Assembly: GCA_039589315.1 (NCBI GenBank)
Contig: JBDHHQ010000017.1
Coordinates: 1-64,000, forward strand
Length of the DNA: 64,000 nt
Source of the DNA: Gemmatimonadota bacterium
Lineage (GTDB): Bacteria; Gemmatimonadota; Gemmatimonadetes; Longimicrobiales; Gaopeijiaceae
Reading direction: 5' to 3'
Part shown: piece by piece, positions 48,312 to 57,886 of the stretch
Numbering within the stretch: the first letter of the stretch is position 1
Layout of the letters: each line of letters begins with the position of its first letter
The notes under the pieces: generated by a model
What the model saw: only the letters and a program-made list of their open reading frames with translations
What the model was told of the DNA's origin: nothing
Database searches by the model: none
Translations under genes and position numbers: made by a program

Positions 48312-49187
48312 ATGTCCTTCACCGCCGCCGATCTCGTCGAGCTCCTCGAGCTCGAGCCCATCGAGCACAACATCTACCGTGGTCGAAACCGGGACATCGG
48401 GTCCGGGCGTATCTTCGGTGGCCAGGTTCTCGCCCAGGCACTGGTGGCCGCTCAGCGCACGGTGCCCGAGGATCGCAGCGTGCACTCCATGCACGGCTAT
48501 TTCATTCTCGCCGGTGATCTCGAGGTGCCGGTGGTCTACTTCGTGGACCGACTCCGGGACGGCGGGTCGTTCACGACCCGCCGGGTCACGGCGATCCAGC
48601 ACGGGAACGCGATCTTCAACCTCTCGGCTTCATTCCACCGTCACGAACCGGGACTGGAGCATCAGGCCGAGATGCCGGACGTGCCCGGCCCCGAAACGCT
48701 ACGGTCCGAGCTCGACATCATCCGGGAGCGGGCGGACGAGATCGACGAGCGCATCCGTCCCATCGTGACTCAGGACCGCCCCCTGGACATGCGACCCTGT
48801 GGGAACGAGGACCCGTTCGACACGACGCCGCGGCCTCCGCGCAGGCACGTCTGGGTCAAGGCGGTAGGGCGGTTGGGCGACAACCCGCTGGAGCACCAGG
48901 GCATCCTCGCGTACGCCTCGGACTACGCTCTCCTGGTCACGGCGCTGCGCCCTCATGGCACGGGCTTCCGGGACGCTCGTCTGATGGTGGCCAGCCTGGA
49001 CCACTCGATCTGGTTCCACCGCCCCTTTCGCATGGATCAGTGGCTGCTCTATCAGGTCGACAGCCCCGTCTCCTTCGGCGCACGAGGGTTCGCCCGGGGC
49101 ACCTACTTCACGCGGGAGGGCGAGCTGGTCGCTTCAGTCGCGCAGGAGGGACTGATCCGCGTCAAGCGGCCGCCTGGAGACAGGTAG
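48312..49187 (+). CDS. tesB: Acyl-CoA thioesterase II
   Basis: FGGQVLAQAL, HSMHGYF, RDGGSFTTRRV.AIQHG, AYASDY, ASLDHSIWFH, SVAQEG. Confidence 0.93.
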   Translation: MSFTAADLVELLELEPIEHNIYRGRNRDIGSGRIFGGQVLAQALVAAQRTVPEDRSVHSMHGYFILAGDLEVPVVYFVDRLRDGGSFTTRRVTAIQHGNAIFNLSASFHRHEPGLEHQAEMPDVPGPETLRSELDIIRERADEIDERIRPIVTQDRPLDMRPCGNEDPFDTTPRPPRRHVWVKAVGRLGDNPLEHQGILAYASDYALLVTALRPHGTGFRDARLMVASLDHSIWFHRPFRMDQWLLYQVDSPVSFGARGFARGTYFTREGELVASVAQEGLIRVKRPPGDR

Positions 49188-49223
49188 GGCGGCAGAGGCG
49201 TAGACCCGGCCCACCGTGCTCAG

Positions 49224-49299
49224 CGCTCGCACCCCACGAGCCAGGTCGTCCCGCTCGCACCCCACGAGCCAGGTCCGCTCGCACCCCACGAGCTAGGCC
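49224..49299. repeat. Three tandem 24-bp intergenic units, each containing a GCTCG-CACCCCA-CGAGC hairpin
   Basis: CGCTCGCACCCCACGAGCCAGGTC at 49224 and 49252, and a variant at 49276. Confidence 0.85.
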
Positions 49300-49535
49300 C
49301 TCCCGGCGTCGGGGCGCACCCACCCGGACCACCTCGACCCCTACGTGGGTGCTCCCGGCCGGCGCTGCAACTCCCGGTGGGTGTTGGCAGCCCGCAAGCA
49401 CACGGCCCGGCGGCATCGGCTCGGGATGTCCCGCCGCACGGCGGTACGGCTCGCTACACCGTCGCAGCCGTTGCGTCGATAAAAGAAATGGGCTGCCGAA
49501 TACTTTGTCGTACCCGTAGGTCAGGGAGCTCGATC

Positions 49536-50216
49536 ATGGCCAACCCGCCAGTGCCCGACAGTTGGGTCCCGCAGAAGTTCAACAGGACTCTTCGTGGCTA
49601 CGACCCCGAGGTAGTCGATGGCTTCGTGGCTTCGACCCGGAGTCAGATCGAAGAGCTGACCCAGCAGAACCGATCCCTGAGCGAGCGCGTGAAGGACCTC
49701 GAAGGGAAGGTGAAGTTCCACGAGGAGCGGGCCACTGCGGTCCAGGACGCGCTGGTCATGGCACAGACCATGAGCACGGAGGTTCAGGACAAGGCCGAAG
49801 CGGAGGCCGAGGAGTTGAGGCGGATGGCCTCAGAGGATGCCGAGGCCCTGCTCAGGACCGCCGAAGAGGACCGGGCACGTATGGAGATGGAGGCGGAGGA
49901 GCTCAAGCGGGAGGCGGATCGCCTTCGCGCCGAGGCTTTGGCCGAGATCGAGGAAGAGCGACTGCAGGCCCAGAGCGACGCCGAAGCGGAGGCGGCCCGG
50001 ATCCGGGACGAGGCCACGCAGGCGGCAGCTCGCATCGTCGAAGACGCGCGCCGTGAAGCGGACGCGGTCACCGCTCAAGTCGAGCGCTTGGAGAAGCGCC
50101 GGACCGAGTTCCTCGACTTCCTGGCGAAGGAGTTGGAAAAGACGCCGCCCGTGAACGGTGACGGCGACAAGGAGCCTCAGACTCTCGAGGTGTACTTCTC
50201 CGACGCCACCATGTAG
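49536..50216 (+). CDS. DivIVA domain-containing coiled-coil protein
   Basis: FNRTLRGYDPEVVDGFV, ALVMAQ, long AE-rich coiled coil; GGGAG RBS. Confidence 0.85.
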   Translation: MANPPVPDSWVPQKFNRTLRGYDPEVVDGFVASTRSQIEELTQQNRSLSERVKDLEGKVKFHEERATAVQDALVMAQTMSTEVQDKAEAEAEELRRMASEDAEALLRTAEEDRARMEMEAEELKREADRLRAEALAEIEEERLQAQSDAEAEAARIRDEATQAAARIVEDARREADAVTAQVERLEKRRTEFLDFLAKELEKTPPVNGDGDKEPQTLEVYFSDATM

Positions 50217-50239
50217 GAGCGCAGGTCACCGGGCTATCG

Positions 50240-51775
50240 TCAGGGGACGCTCGTCCCCTTCAGCCAATCGACGGTGCGGCTCTCCAGGTAGTCGTAGAAC
50301 GGGTTGTGCCGAAGCCGCATGAGCCAATCCGAGGGGAACTTCAGCAGCCCCCTCTCCCCCCGCGCAGGTATGTGCCCCAGGAAGAGCTCGTCAGGGTCCT
50401 CGGGCCTGCGTTGACCGTAGAGACGATCGGCGGGTGAAAAGGGCAAAGCCACGTGAGACAGGGAGACCACGCCCGGCGGCCATTCGACGTCGAGGGGCTC
50501 CGTCGAGCTCACGGGAGACAGAGGGCCCTTGCGGCGGAGGACCACGGCGTTGCTTTCCGGGCTCTCGTTCGTGACCAACGTCAGGCTGAACGGCAAGGTG
50601 AGGTCGTCCAGGAGCCGCGCCGTCAGCGGGCCGGGATCCGAGGCGAGCACCGTAGAGTTGACGCTGTTCCGATTCACGTCGAACAACACCAGCTCGTGCC
50701 GTGCCGGAGCCAGGTGCTCGAGCAGATTGTCTACGACCGCATCCGTCGAGACCGTCGCGTCGACCGTGGAGAGAAACGCCAGGATCGGAGGCAGATCCCG
50801 CAGCGGACCGTCGGCAGCGCGGGCTTCGATCTCCCCTGCCACGGAACGGGTCAGCCGATGGACCTGGTGTCCCGCGTTCACCGGAAAGGAGTTGTATTTG
50901 TAGGGGTCGAACTCCGGCAGGATCGTCTGCCAGGTCAGCTTCTCCAGCCCGGGTAGCAACGCCAGCCGCAGGTTCCACTTGGCCAGAGCGGCCAGAGGCG
51001 TGATCCCCATTGCCGGTGAGATCAATACGAGACTGGCCGGCGCCGGGCCCGACGCCCCGACGCTCAGCGCATACTCGACGGCGAGAGTGGCACCCGTCGA
51101 GTAGCCCACGATGTGGATCGATCGGCTGCCCACGACCGTCTGGAGGTGTGCCATGGCCAGCCGTACGGCCGCGGCCATGTCCTCGGACGTCACCTCGGTG
51201 AGCCCGGTGGGCGCGGTGCCGTGCCCGGGCAGCCGCAAGCCGACGACCCGATACCCGTGACGGTGGAGTGCCTCACCCAGGGCTCTCAAGCTGTACGGCG
51301 AGTCGGACATGCCGTGGAGCAGCAACACGCCGCCCTCCGGGTCGTCGACGTCGAGCTCGAAGCTGCGGTTCCAGTTCGGGTGTCGGTTGCGGGGGTCCGG
51401 TGCGCTGCCAGGGCTGAACCTGGCCAGCGTCAATGCCGGTCCCGTATCCGTCTCGGCGTAGACCTGCACGTCCAACTCTCGGAACAACCTGTCCTCGAGG
51501 TCGAGGTAGTCGTCGAAACTGCGGAACTGATCGGCGCCTTTCGCCGTGAACTCCTCGGAGAGCTCTGCCGTGTGCCAGATCTGCAGCGAGGGGCCCGTGC
51601 GTACCCGGTACACGTAGAGCGCAAAGGCGCCCACGACGAAACCGAGCGAGGCAACGACCAGATAGCGGCTCAGGCGCTCGAGGCGCCCTGATGCGCTCCG
51701 GGGCCCGGCGGTCCCGTCGACACCGCTATCCGGCGAATCCGTATCGGTCAAGGGTCTCTTCCCTTCCTTCGGCAT
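50240..51775 (-). CDS. Alpha/beta hydrolase with N-terminal TM
   Basis: LLLHGMSDSPYS, LPGHGT.P, GYSTG nucleophile elbow, DATV, LSH. Confidence 0.85.
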   Translation of the reverse strand: MPKEGKRPLTDTDSPDSGVDGTAGPRSASGRLERLSRYLVVASLGFVVGAFALYVYRVRTGPSLQIWHTAELSEEFTAKGADQFRSFDDYLDLEDRLFRELDVQVYAETDTGPALTLARFSPGSAPDPRNRHPNWNRSFELDVDDPEGGVLLLHGMSDSPYSLRALGEALHRHGYRVVGLRLPGHGTAPTGLTEVTSEDMAAAVRLAMAHLQTVVGSRSIHIVGYSTGATLAVEYALSVGASGPAPASLVLISPAMGITPLAALAKWNLRLALLPGLEKLTWQTILPEFDPYKYNSFPVNAGHQVHRLTRSVAGEIEARAADGPLRDLPPILAFLSTVDATVSTDAVVDNLLEHLAPARHELVLFDVNRNSVNSTVLASDPGPLTARLLDDLTLPFSLTLVTNESPESNAVVLRRKGPLSPVSSTEPLDVEWPPGVVSLSHVALPFSPADRLYGQRRPEDPDELFLGHIPARGERGLLKFPSDWLMRLRHNPFYDYLESRTVDWLKGTSVP

Positions 51776-51906
51776 GACCGCTCCTCGGTCCGTCTCGTGA
51801 GGGGCGCTCGGGAGCGTCTCACGGGAGAACCACCGTAGGTCCTCTCGTGTCCACGTCCCAGAGGGCGTTAATATGCAGGCCCCAGCCGGCTCTGAAAGAA
51901 GACCAC

Positions 51907-52557
51907 ATGAAGCCCGTCCACGCCACGCCCCCACGCATCACGACCCAGCCGGACGCCAGCGGACCGAGAGCCTGGCGGCTCCGGTCAGTCTTCCTGGCAG
52001 GATTCGCGACGGCTCTGCTGTTCGGACCCGCGCGGTCGAGGGCGGCCGGTCAGGACGTGTCCCTCGCGATCTCGCCACCTGGAGGACCCGGGGGCACCGA
52101 GGTGGTGGTGTACGCACGTGGCCTGCCGCCTGGGAGCGCCGTGGCGGTAGGGTTCGGCGGGATCGCCAGCCCACACGAGATCCTGGGCGAGGCACTGACC
52201 GACCCCGAAGGTGCCCTGTCCCTGACGGACACGATCCCCTCGTGGGTGGAACCGAACCGCAGCTACCTCTTCTACTTGGCGTTCTCGGACCAGCGCCCGG
52301 TCGCTTTCTCGGATCCGTTTCTCGTGACCGGTCCCGATGGCGTGGTGCAGGTTGGTGGGCGGATCACCGACGAGGGCGTGACGTGCCCCGCGATGCGGGG
52401 GCCCGATGACGAGCTCTACACGCTGGCCGGGTCCATCGGATCTGCCGCGCCGGGGGACGACGTGGTCGTGACCGCGACAATCGCGGAGGCGTCGATCTGC
52501 ATGCAGGGAATCACGCTCGTGGTCCAGCAGCTCGAGCGCGCGCCTCCACACGGGTAG
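51907..52557 (+). CDS. Secreted protein with a C-terminal DUF5818-like OB domain
   Basis: Signal-like segment; GRITDEGVTC....G.D..LYTL.G...GD.V.V...SICMQG. Confidence 0.65.
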   Translation: MKPVHATPPRITTQPDASGPRAWRLRSVFLAGFATALLFGPARSRAAGQDVSLAISPPGGPGGTEVVVYARGLPPGSAVAVGFGGIASPHEILGEALTDPEGALSLTDTIPSWVEPNRSYLFYLAFSDQRPVAFSDPFLVTGPDGVVQVGGRITDEGVTCPAMRGPDDELYTLAGSIGSAAPGDDVVVTATIAEASICMQGITLVVQQLERAPPHG

Positions 52558-52578
52558 GCCGACGCGGTAACGGGCCGG

Positions 52579-53052
52579 TCAGGCAGGCGGGTCGCCGGCC
52601 GGGGCCATCCTCTCGACCTTGGTGAGGGCCACAGCGTTGATGCAGTAACGCAGACCGCTGGGTCGGGGTCCGTCCGGGAAGACGTGCCCGAGGTGAGCGT
52701 CACACGTGTTGCACGTGGTCTCGACCCGGCGCACCCCGTAAGCGTTGTCGGTGAAGTGGGCGACGGCGTTCGGCTGCACCGGCTGCGTGAAGGACGGCCA
52801 CCCGGTACCGGATTCGAACTTCTCCTCCGAGTCGAAGAGCAGGGTGTCGCAGCAGACACAGGCGTAGAGGCCAGGCTCCAAGAGGCTGCACATCTCGGAG
52901 CTGAAGGCGCGTTCGGTGCCCTTCTGGCGGGTGACCCGGTACTGCTCGGGCGTGAGCCGGGCTCGCCACTCCTGGTCCGACAGCTCGACCCGGCGGTCAG
53001 GCTCGGGGTTGCCCTCCTCCGTGAGCCTCAACACGTCCCTCCACTTCAACAT
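52579..53052 (-). CDS. msrB: Peptide-methionine (R)-S-oxide reductase
   Basis: LTPEQY.VTR..GTERAF, CVCC, KFESGTGWPSF, C..CDAHLGHVF.DGP.P.GLRYCIN. Confidence 0.95.
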   Translation of the reverse strand: MLKWRDVLRLTEEGNPEPDRRVELSDQEWRARLTPEQYRVTRQKGTERAFSSEMCSLLEPGLYACVCCDTLLFDSEEKFESGTGWPSFTQPVQPNAVAHFTDNAYGVRRVETTCNTCDAHLGHVFPDGPRPSGLRYCINAVALTKVERMAPAGDPPA

Positions 53053-53229
53053 CCGACTCGTCTCCCTCGCCTGGAAAGGCGTCGATGGTGGGCCGACCAT
53101 TCGAGACCGTCCGGCCCACCGGCCATCCCACTCTAGCCCACGAACGAAGATCGGGTTCCGGATCGTCCCCTGCAGTGGACCTCCGTGGACCCTGGCCAAG
53201 GAAGGACCGTTATGATGCGTCAGCCCGAG

Positions 53230-54762
53230 TCACGAGGACGCCGGCCCGGATCTCGCCCGACCGTTCTGAGGCCGGGACCGACTGCTGGCCTGGGGCCGAG
53301 ACCGGCTGCTGGCCTGGGGCCGAGGCCGACTGCTGGCCTGAGGCCGAGACCGACTGCTGGCCTGAGGCCGAGACCGACTGCTCGCTTGCGGCCGAGACCG
53401 ACTGCTGGCCTGAGGCCGAGACCGACTGCTGGCCTGAGGCCGAGACCGACTGCTGGCTTGCGGCCGAGACCGACTGCTGGCTTGCGGCCGAGACCGGCTG
53501 CTGGCCTGGGGCCGCGACCGACCGCTCGCTTGCGGCCGGGACCGACTGCTGGCCTGGGGCCGAGACCGGCTGCTGGCCTGGGGCCGGGACCGGTTGCTGG
53601 CCTGAGGCCGGGACCGACTGCTGGCCTGGGGCCGGGACCGACTGCTGGCCTGGGGGCGCGACCGACTGCTGGCCTGGGGCCGGGACCGACTGCTGGCCTG
53701 AGGCCGGGACCGGTTGCTGGCCTGAGGCCGGGACCGGTTGCTGGCCTGAGGTCGAGACCGGTTGCTGGCCTGAGGCCGAGACCGACTGCTGGCCTGAGGC
53801 CGCGACCGGTTGCTGGCCTGGGGCCGCGACCGGTTGCTGGCCTGAGGTCGGGACCGACCGCTGGCCTGGGGGCGCGATGGCAGCCCAGCCGATGGCCGTA
53901 TGCGGGCGCTGGCGGATGGGCGAGTTGTTCGTCCTCGCGCCGGTGCCGAGCCCACCGAGGTGCCGCGACCGGCACCGGCTCGCACCGGAGTTGTCGCGAC
54001 ACGCGCTCCCCGGGCCGACGCGAAGGCCGCGGTGCCGGCACCTCCACGCGGGCTTTCCTTGAAGCGCGTGGCCAGCGGTGAGTACACAGCGACTCGGCGG
54101 AAGGAGTGCCCATAGGCGTACTGGCGTCCGTAGTGGTGGCCGCTCCAGTAGTAGCGGCCGCTGCCGTAGTGATGGCCACCCCCGTAGAAGTATCCGCCGC
54201 CGTAGTAGGGAGCACCGTAGACCACCGCTCCGGGATACCCGTAGCCGTACCCGTGGCCAAACGAGAACCCGAATCCGAAGAAGCCGAAGGTGATGTTGAA
54301 GCTGAAGCCGAAATGGGGCTGTCCCCACCCGCCATGCCAGGAGGCCGGATACGCCCAATACCCCGACGTTGCCGGGGTAAAGTACCCATGGGGGCCCCAA
54401 TAGGGGTCAAAGTAGGCCGGGTGGAAGCTCCAGAAGGACCGGCACCGATACCGGTAGCCATCCCACCAGTACCCCCGGCTTCCGCACCGCCACGGGCTGA
54501 AGTACCCGCCGCGGTAGCTGCCGTAGTCCTGGTCGGCGTAGCCGTACTCGTCGTAGGCCGAATATGCGCCGTACCCGTCGGCGTACCCGTCGTCGTAGCC
54601 CTGGTCGTACCCGTCGTCGTACGCCATGCCGACGCCTACGCCGTCCCAGAGCCCACCGTCGGACTCCTGGTCGCCATACTGGCTCGCCTGGGCCAACCCG
54701 CCGGCTGGAGCAACGAGGAATGCGACGAGGAGCGGCACACCTACCGGCAAGACACTACGCAC
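53230..54762 (-). CDS. Secreted low-complexity protein with a Gly/Tyr-rich region and about 25 SSRSRPQA repeats
   Basis: GGAGG RBS before GTG 54762; signal peptide MRSVLPVGVPLLVAFLVAPAGGLA-Q; repeat variation is mostly synonymous in this frame. Confidence 0.72.
   Translation of the reverse strand: MRSVLPVGVPLLVAFLVAPAGGLAQASQYGDQESDGGLWDGVGVGMAYDDGYDQGYDDGYADGYGAYSAYDEYGYADQDYGSYRGGYFSPWRCGSRGYWWDGYRYRCRSFWSFHPAYFDPYWGPHGYFTPATSGYWAYPASWHGGWGQPHFGFSFNITFGFFGFGFSFGHGYGYGYPGAVVYGAPYYGGGYFYGGGHHYGSGRYYWSGHHYGRQYAYGHSFRRVAVYSPLATRFKESPRGGAGTAAFASARGARVATTPVRAGAGRGTSVGSAPARGRTTRPSASARIRPSAGLPSRPQASGRSRPQASNRSRPQASNRSRPQASSRSRPQASNRSRPQASNRSRPQASNRSRPQASSRSRPQASSRSRPQASSRSRPQASSRSRPQASNRSRPQASSRSRPQASSRSRPQASGRSRPQASSRSRPQASSRSRPQASSRSRPQASSRSRPQASSRSRPQASSRSRPQASSRSRPQASSRPRPQASSRSRPQASSRSRPQNGRARSGPASS
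53266..53877 (-). repeat. About 25 copies of a 24-bp tandem repeat
   Basis: Plus-strand unit GAGGCCGAGACCGACTGCTGGCCT with variants; no spacers. Confidence 0.95.
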
Positions 54763-54804
54763 GTCAACCTCCACGAAAGGGCGACCATTCCCGCTCTACC
54801 AAAG

Positions 54805-54820
54805 GGCACGGTCCGTGCCA
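54805..54820 (-). promoter_or_regulatory. Possible sigma54 (-24/-12) promoter of the RS-repeat gene
   Basis: Minus strand TGGCACGGACCGTGC (GG-N10-GC) about 45 nt upstream of the start; also a 7-1-7 palindrome. Confidence 0.45.
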
Positions 54821-55286
54821 GCTGGCGCAAACACCGCGAAATCCCCTCAAACATTGGGTTTACCCGGGGGACGAACCCGACTGCCTCACCACCGCACCCT
54901 GTCCCGTATCGGTGACAGGCGGAACCCGTCGGGGGACAAGCTCCTCGGTCCTCGACTTGGTTGCTCCTCGACGGACCCAGGGTGCCACCGACCCTCCTCG
55001 GCACAGCGTCGAGCTGCCTTCCGGCCTGTCTTGCCGGTCCGAGCCCGGGGAGATCGTCCGACATCCCTTTCAGGAAACCCCCGACGAGTGGTTCGGTGCT
55101 CCTGGCCCTATCGTAGAACCGTGAGGAGTGACCCTCCTGACGGCCCTTTGCCCTCGCCCCGGGAGCGGAGGGATCCAAGGCGAGCCTCTGCCGCGAGACA
55201 GGAGTTGCTCATCGTGAGCAGGCCCTCGGCCCCCCGCACCGCCGGGAGGCGACGGGATCCGACACCCGCCGCCAGGGGAGGGGACC

Positions 55287-57245
55287 ATGCCTGACGCCCC
55301 TCTTCTCCAGCGACTACGGGAGCGGAAGCTCGTCCAGTGGTTGCTGGCCTACCTCGCGGGAGCGTGGTTGGCCGTTCAGGTTCTGGACATCATCGGTGAG
55401 CGGTTCAACTGGCCCAATCAGCTGCTTCAGGCCCTCATCGTCCTGCTCGGCTTCGGCTTCTTCGTCGCGCTGATCTTCGCTTGGTACCACGGGGAGAAGG
55501 GCAAGCAGCGCTTCAGCGGCTCGGAGCTCGCTCTGCTCGGCAGCGTCTTCGTCCTGGCCGCGATCACGATACCGCGGGTAACCACCGGACCTGGGCCCGA
55601 GAACCCTCTGGAGGCGTTGGTACGGATACCCGACGCCGAGGCCGCACCGGTTCCCCGGACGAGCCAGCCTATGGTCCGCAGAGGCGCCTCGGTCGCCGTG
55701 CTGCCGTTCGCGAGCCTGAGTGCGGATCCGAACGACAGCTACTTTGCCGACGGCATCCACGAGGACGTGTTGAACCATCTGGCCGAGCTCGAGGGCCTGA
55801 CGCTGATCTCGCGACAGTCCGTTCTCCAATACCGGGACACGGAGCTGACCGCCCGTGAGATCGGTGAGGAGCTTCGCGTGGGGGCAATCCTCGAAGGCTC
55901 CGTCCGGCGACAAGGGGACCGGATCCGCGTCGTCACCCAGCTCATCGACGCCGTTGCCGACGTCCACCTCTGGTCGCGCTCCTACGACCGTGAGCTGGAT
56001 GACGTATTCAGAGTCCAGAGTGAGATCGCGAGGGAGGTGGCTCACGCGCTCGAGACGTCGCTCACCCCAGAGGAGGTGCAGCGGATCGCGTCTGGTCCGA
56101 CTGGCAGCGTAACCGCCTACGACTACTACGTACGCGGCCGGGAGGCACACCGGGACTATACGCACGAGCGCAACGAAGAAGCGATCCGACGGTTCCAGCA
56201 GGCCATCGAGCTCGATTCGGCCTACGCCGCGGCCTGGGCAGGCCTGGGCGACGCGTACTCGATGCGCAGACTTCGGTTCGGTTTCGCGTATGAGTGGACC
56301 GACTCGGCCATCGCGGCCAGCCAGAAGTCCGTCGAGCTGGACCCGAGCCTGGCAGACGGACACAAGGCGCTGGGACTGGCGTACGGGACGAAGGGCTGGT
56401 ACCGAAGGGCCATCGCGTCCTACCTGCGCGCCGTCGAGCTCTCGCCGAGTCACGGCGTCGCGATGAACAACATCTCGGCGGCGTACTCTGCGCTACACGT
56501 CTTCGACGAAGCGCTGAGGTGGCGCCGACGCTCGTTCCAGGTGTCGCCGAACGGCCCGTACTCCCGGAGCAACGCTGCGATCGTCTATACGAATCTCGGC
56601 GAGCGAGAGCTTGCGGAACGGTGGGTGACGGACGCCCTGGCGCTCAACCCCGGCGACCTCTACGCGGGGGATGCCCGAGCGTACGTCCACCTCCGCTGGG
56701 GGGAGCTGGACCGCGCCGTCGCGATTCGAGACTCGATACAGGAGTCGGATTCAACCAACGCCCGGAGGCGGGTGGCCGCCGCCCTCTATCACATGTACAA
56801 CCGGGACTATCCGACGGCGTTGAAGCTGGTGGGCGAGGCCTTCGAGCTCGCCCCACACGGGCTCCTCCTGGCCCAGAAATGGGGCTGGACCATCGCCGGG
56901 TTCGCAAACCTCCAGCAGGGTGACACGGTCGAGGCCGACCGGCTCTTCCAGCAATCGCTCACCATCAACCAGATAGACCTGGACGGGGGGCTGGACATGC
57001 CCCGGACACCGTGGGAGAACGCGTCGATCTTCGCGGCTCTGGGGCGCACGGCCCAGGCATTGGCATGGGCCGAGGTGGCCTACCGCATGGGCCAGCGGCG
57101 GTATTGGGACGCCATCCACGACCCGATGTTCGACTCGATCCGGGAGCACCCCGACTTCGTGGCACTCCTGGACCGGATGCGGGAGGACGTCGACCAGATG
57201 AGACTACGAGCGGCGGCCGAGGAACGGGCCGCCGGTCTCCGCTGA
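55287..57245 (+). CDS. Membrane-anchored TolB-like domain and TPR protein
   Basis: LLQRLRERKLVQWLLAY anchor, AWYHGEKG.Q, VAVLPF.SLS, YFADGIHEDVL, HLWS.SYDR, TPRs, DPMFDSIR. Confidence 0.87.
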   Translation: MPDAPLLQRLRERKLVQWLLAYLAGAWLAVQVLDIIGERFNWPNQLLQALIVLLGFGFFVALIFAWYHGEKGKQRFSGSELALLGSVFVLAAITIPRVTTGPGPENPLEALVRIPDAEAAPVPRTSQPMVRRGASVAVLPFASLSADPNDSYFADGIHEDVLNHLAELEGLTLISRQSVLQYRDTELTAREIGEELRVGAILEGSVRRQGDRIRVVTQLIDAVADVHLWSRSYDRELDDVFRVQSEIAREVAHALETSLTPEEVQRIASGPTGSVTAYDYYVRGREAHRDYTHERNEEAIRRFQQAIELDSAYAAAWAGLGDAYSMRRLRFGFAYEWTDSAIAASQKSVELDPSLADGHKALGLAYGTKGWYRRAIASYLRAVELSPSHGVAMNNISAAYSALHVFDEALRWRRRSFQVSPNGPYSRSNAAIVYTNLGERELAERWVTDALALNPGDLYAGDARAYVHLRWGELDRAVAIRDSIQESDSTNARRRVAAALYHMYNRDYPTALKLVGEAFELAPHGLLLAQKWGWTIAGFANLQQGDTVEADRLFQQSLTINQIDLDGGLDMPRTPWENASIFAALGRTAQALAWAEVAYRMGQRRYWDAIHDPMFDSIREHPDFVALLDRMREDVDQMRLRAAAEERAAGLR

Positions 57246-57272
57246 GATGCCATCGGCCCTTGGGCGGCCTTC

Positions 57273-57716
57273 TCAGCGGCGTCGCCCTCGTCCCCACGCT
57301 CCCTCGCGCGCCAGGGCCACGAAGAACAGCAACGCCGTGGCCCATCCGCTCAGGGGATGGACTGCGAGTCGCCACAACCAACGGAGTACCCGGGCTCCCC
57401 AATCCAGGGTCGAGGAGCCCAGGCCTGCGAGAACGAACAAACGGGGAGGCGTGTCGTCGATGCAGCTCATCGCGACCCCACGTTCGAAGGGCGGGGGAGC
57501 CACAGGGATCGCGGGGTCGGGCGATGGTGGCTCGAACTCCGAAGGGCCGGGATCGTGTAACGGTAGCGGCCAGATGTCGATCGAGCACGGGTGCGAACCG
57601 AGCTGCCGCGCATCGGAGGAGCAGGCCGAGCCCGCCTCCTGCCCGTCCAGCTGCGGGAGCACGACCCCCGCGCACAGAGACCCCACGATACCCAACACCC
57701 GGATCGTGAATCGCAT
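57273..57716 (-). CDS. Possible small hypothetical membrane protein
   Basis: GGAGGG upstream; hydrophobic N- and C-terminal segments; fills an otherwise empty gap; no recognisable family. Confidence 0.3.
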   Translation of the reverse strand: MRFTIRVLGIVGSLCAGVVLPQLDGQEAGSACSSDARQLGSHPCSIDIWPLPLHDPGPSEFEPPSPDPAIPVAPPPFERGVAMSCIDDTPPRLFVLAGLGSSTLDWGARVLRWLWRLAVHPLSGWATALLFFVALAREGAWGRGRRR

Positions 57717-57886
57717 TCTCGCACCCTCCCTGGCTCGGAACAGTCCGAGGTTCGTCTCACCTGGCAGACGTTCTCGGGCGAGATCCTTGCACAGCGCCGG
57801 CTCCTGCCGGGGATGTCACGGGAACCATTTGGCTCCGTCATGTCTCTCAGGGAAAGCGAAACGACCCATCTCCATGGAGACCGTTG

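Noticed and set aside
49224..49299. Mini CRISPR array
   Set aside because: Units are separated by only 4 and 0 nt, so there are no spacers.
53266..53877. 24-bp repeat array as a CRISPR array
   Set aside because: Units are head-to-tail with no unique spacers, the length is a multiple of 3 within a coding frame, and there are no cas genes in the window.
53085..54062. Plus-strand ORF with AETDCWPE repeats as a multi-core RiPP precursor (and the RPTAGL and GQQSV frames)
   Set aside because: Repeat variation is non-synonymous in these frames but mostly synonymous in the SSRSRPQA frame; there is no clear RBS or leader and no modifying enzyme nearby.
54821..55286. RNA gene or riboswitch in the long divergent intergenic region
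   Set aside because: I found only scattered short GC hairpins and no recognisable tRNA, SRP, tmRNA or riboswitch consensus; a cmscan would be needed to exclude one.
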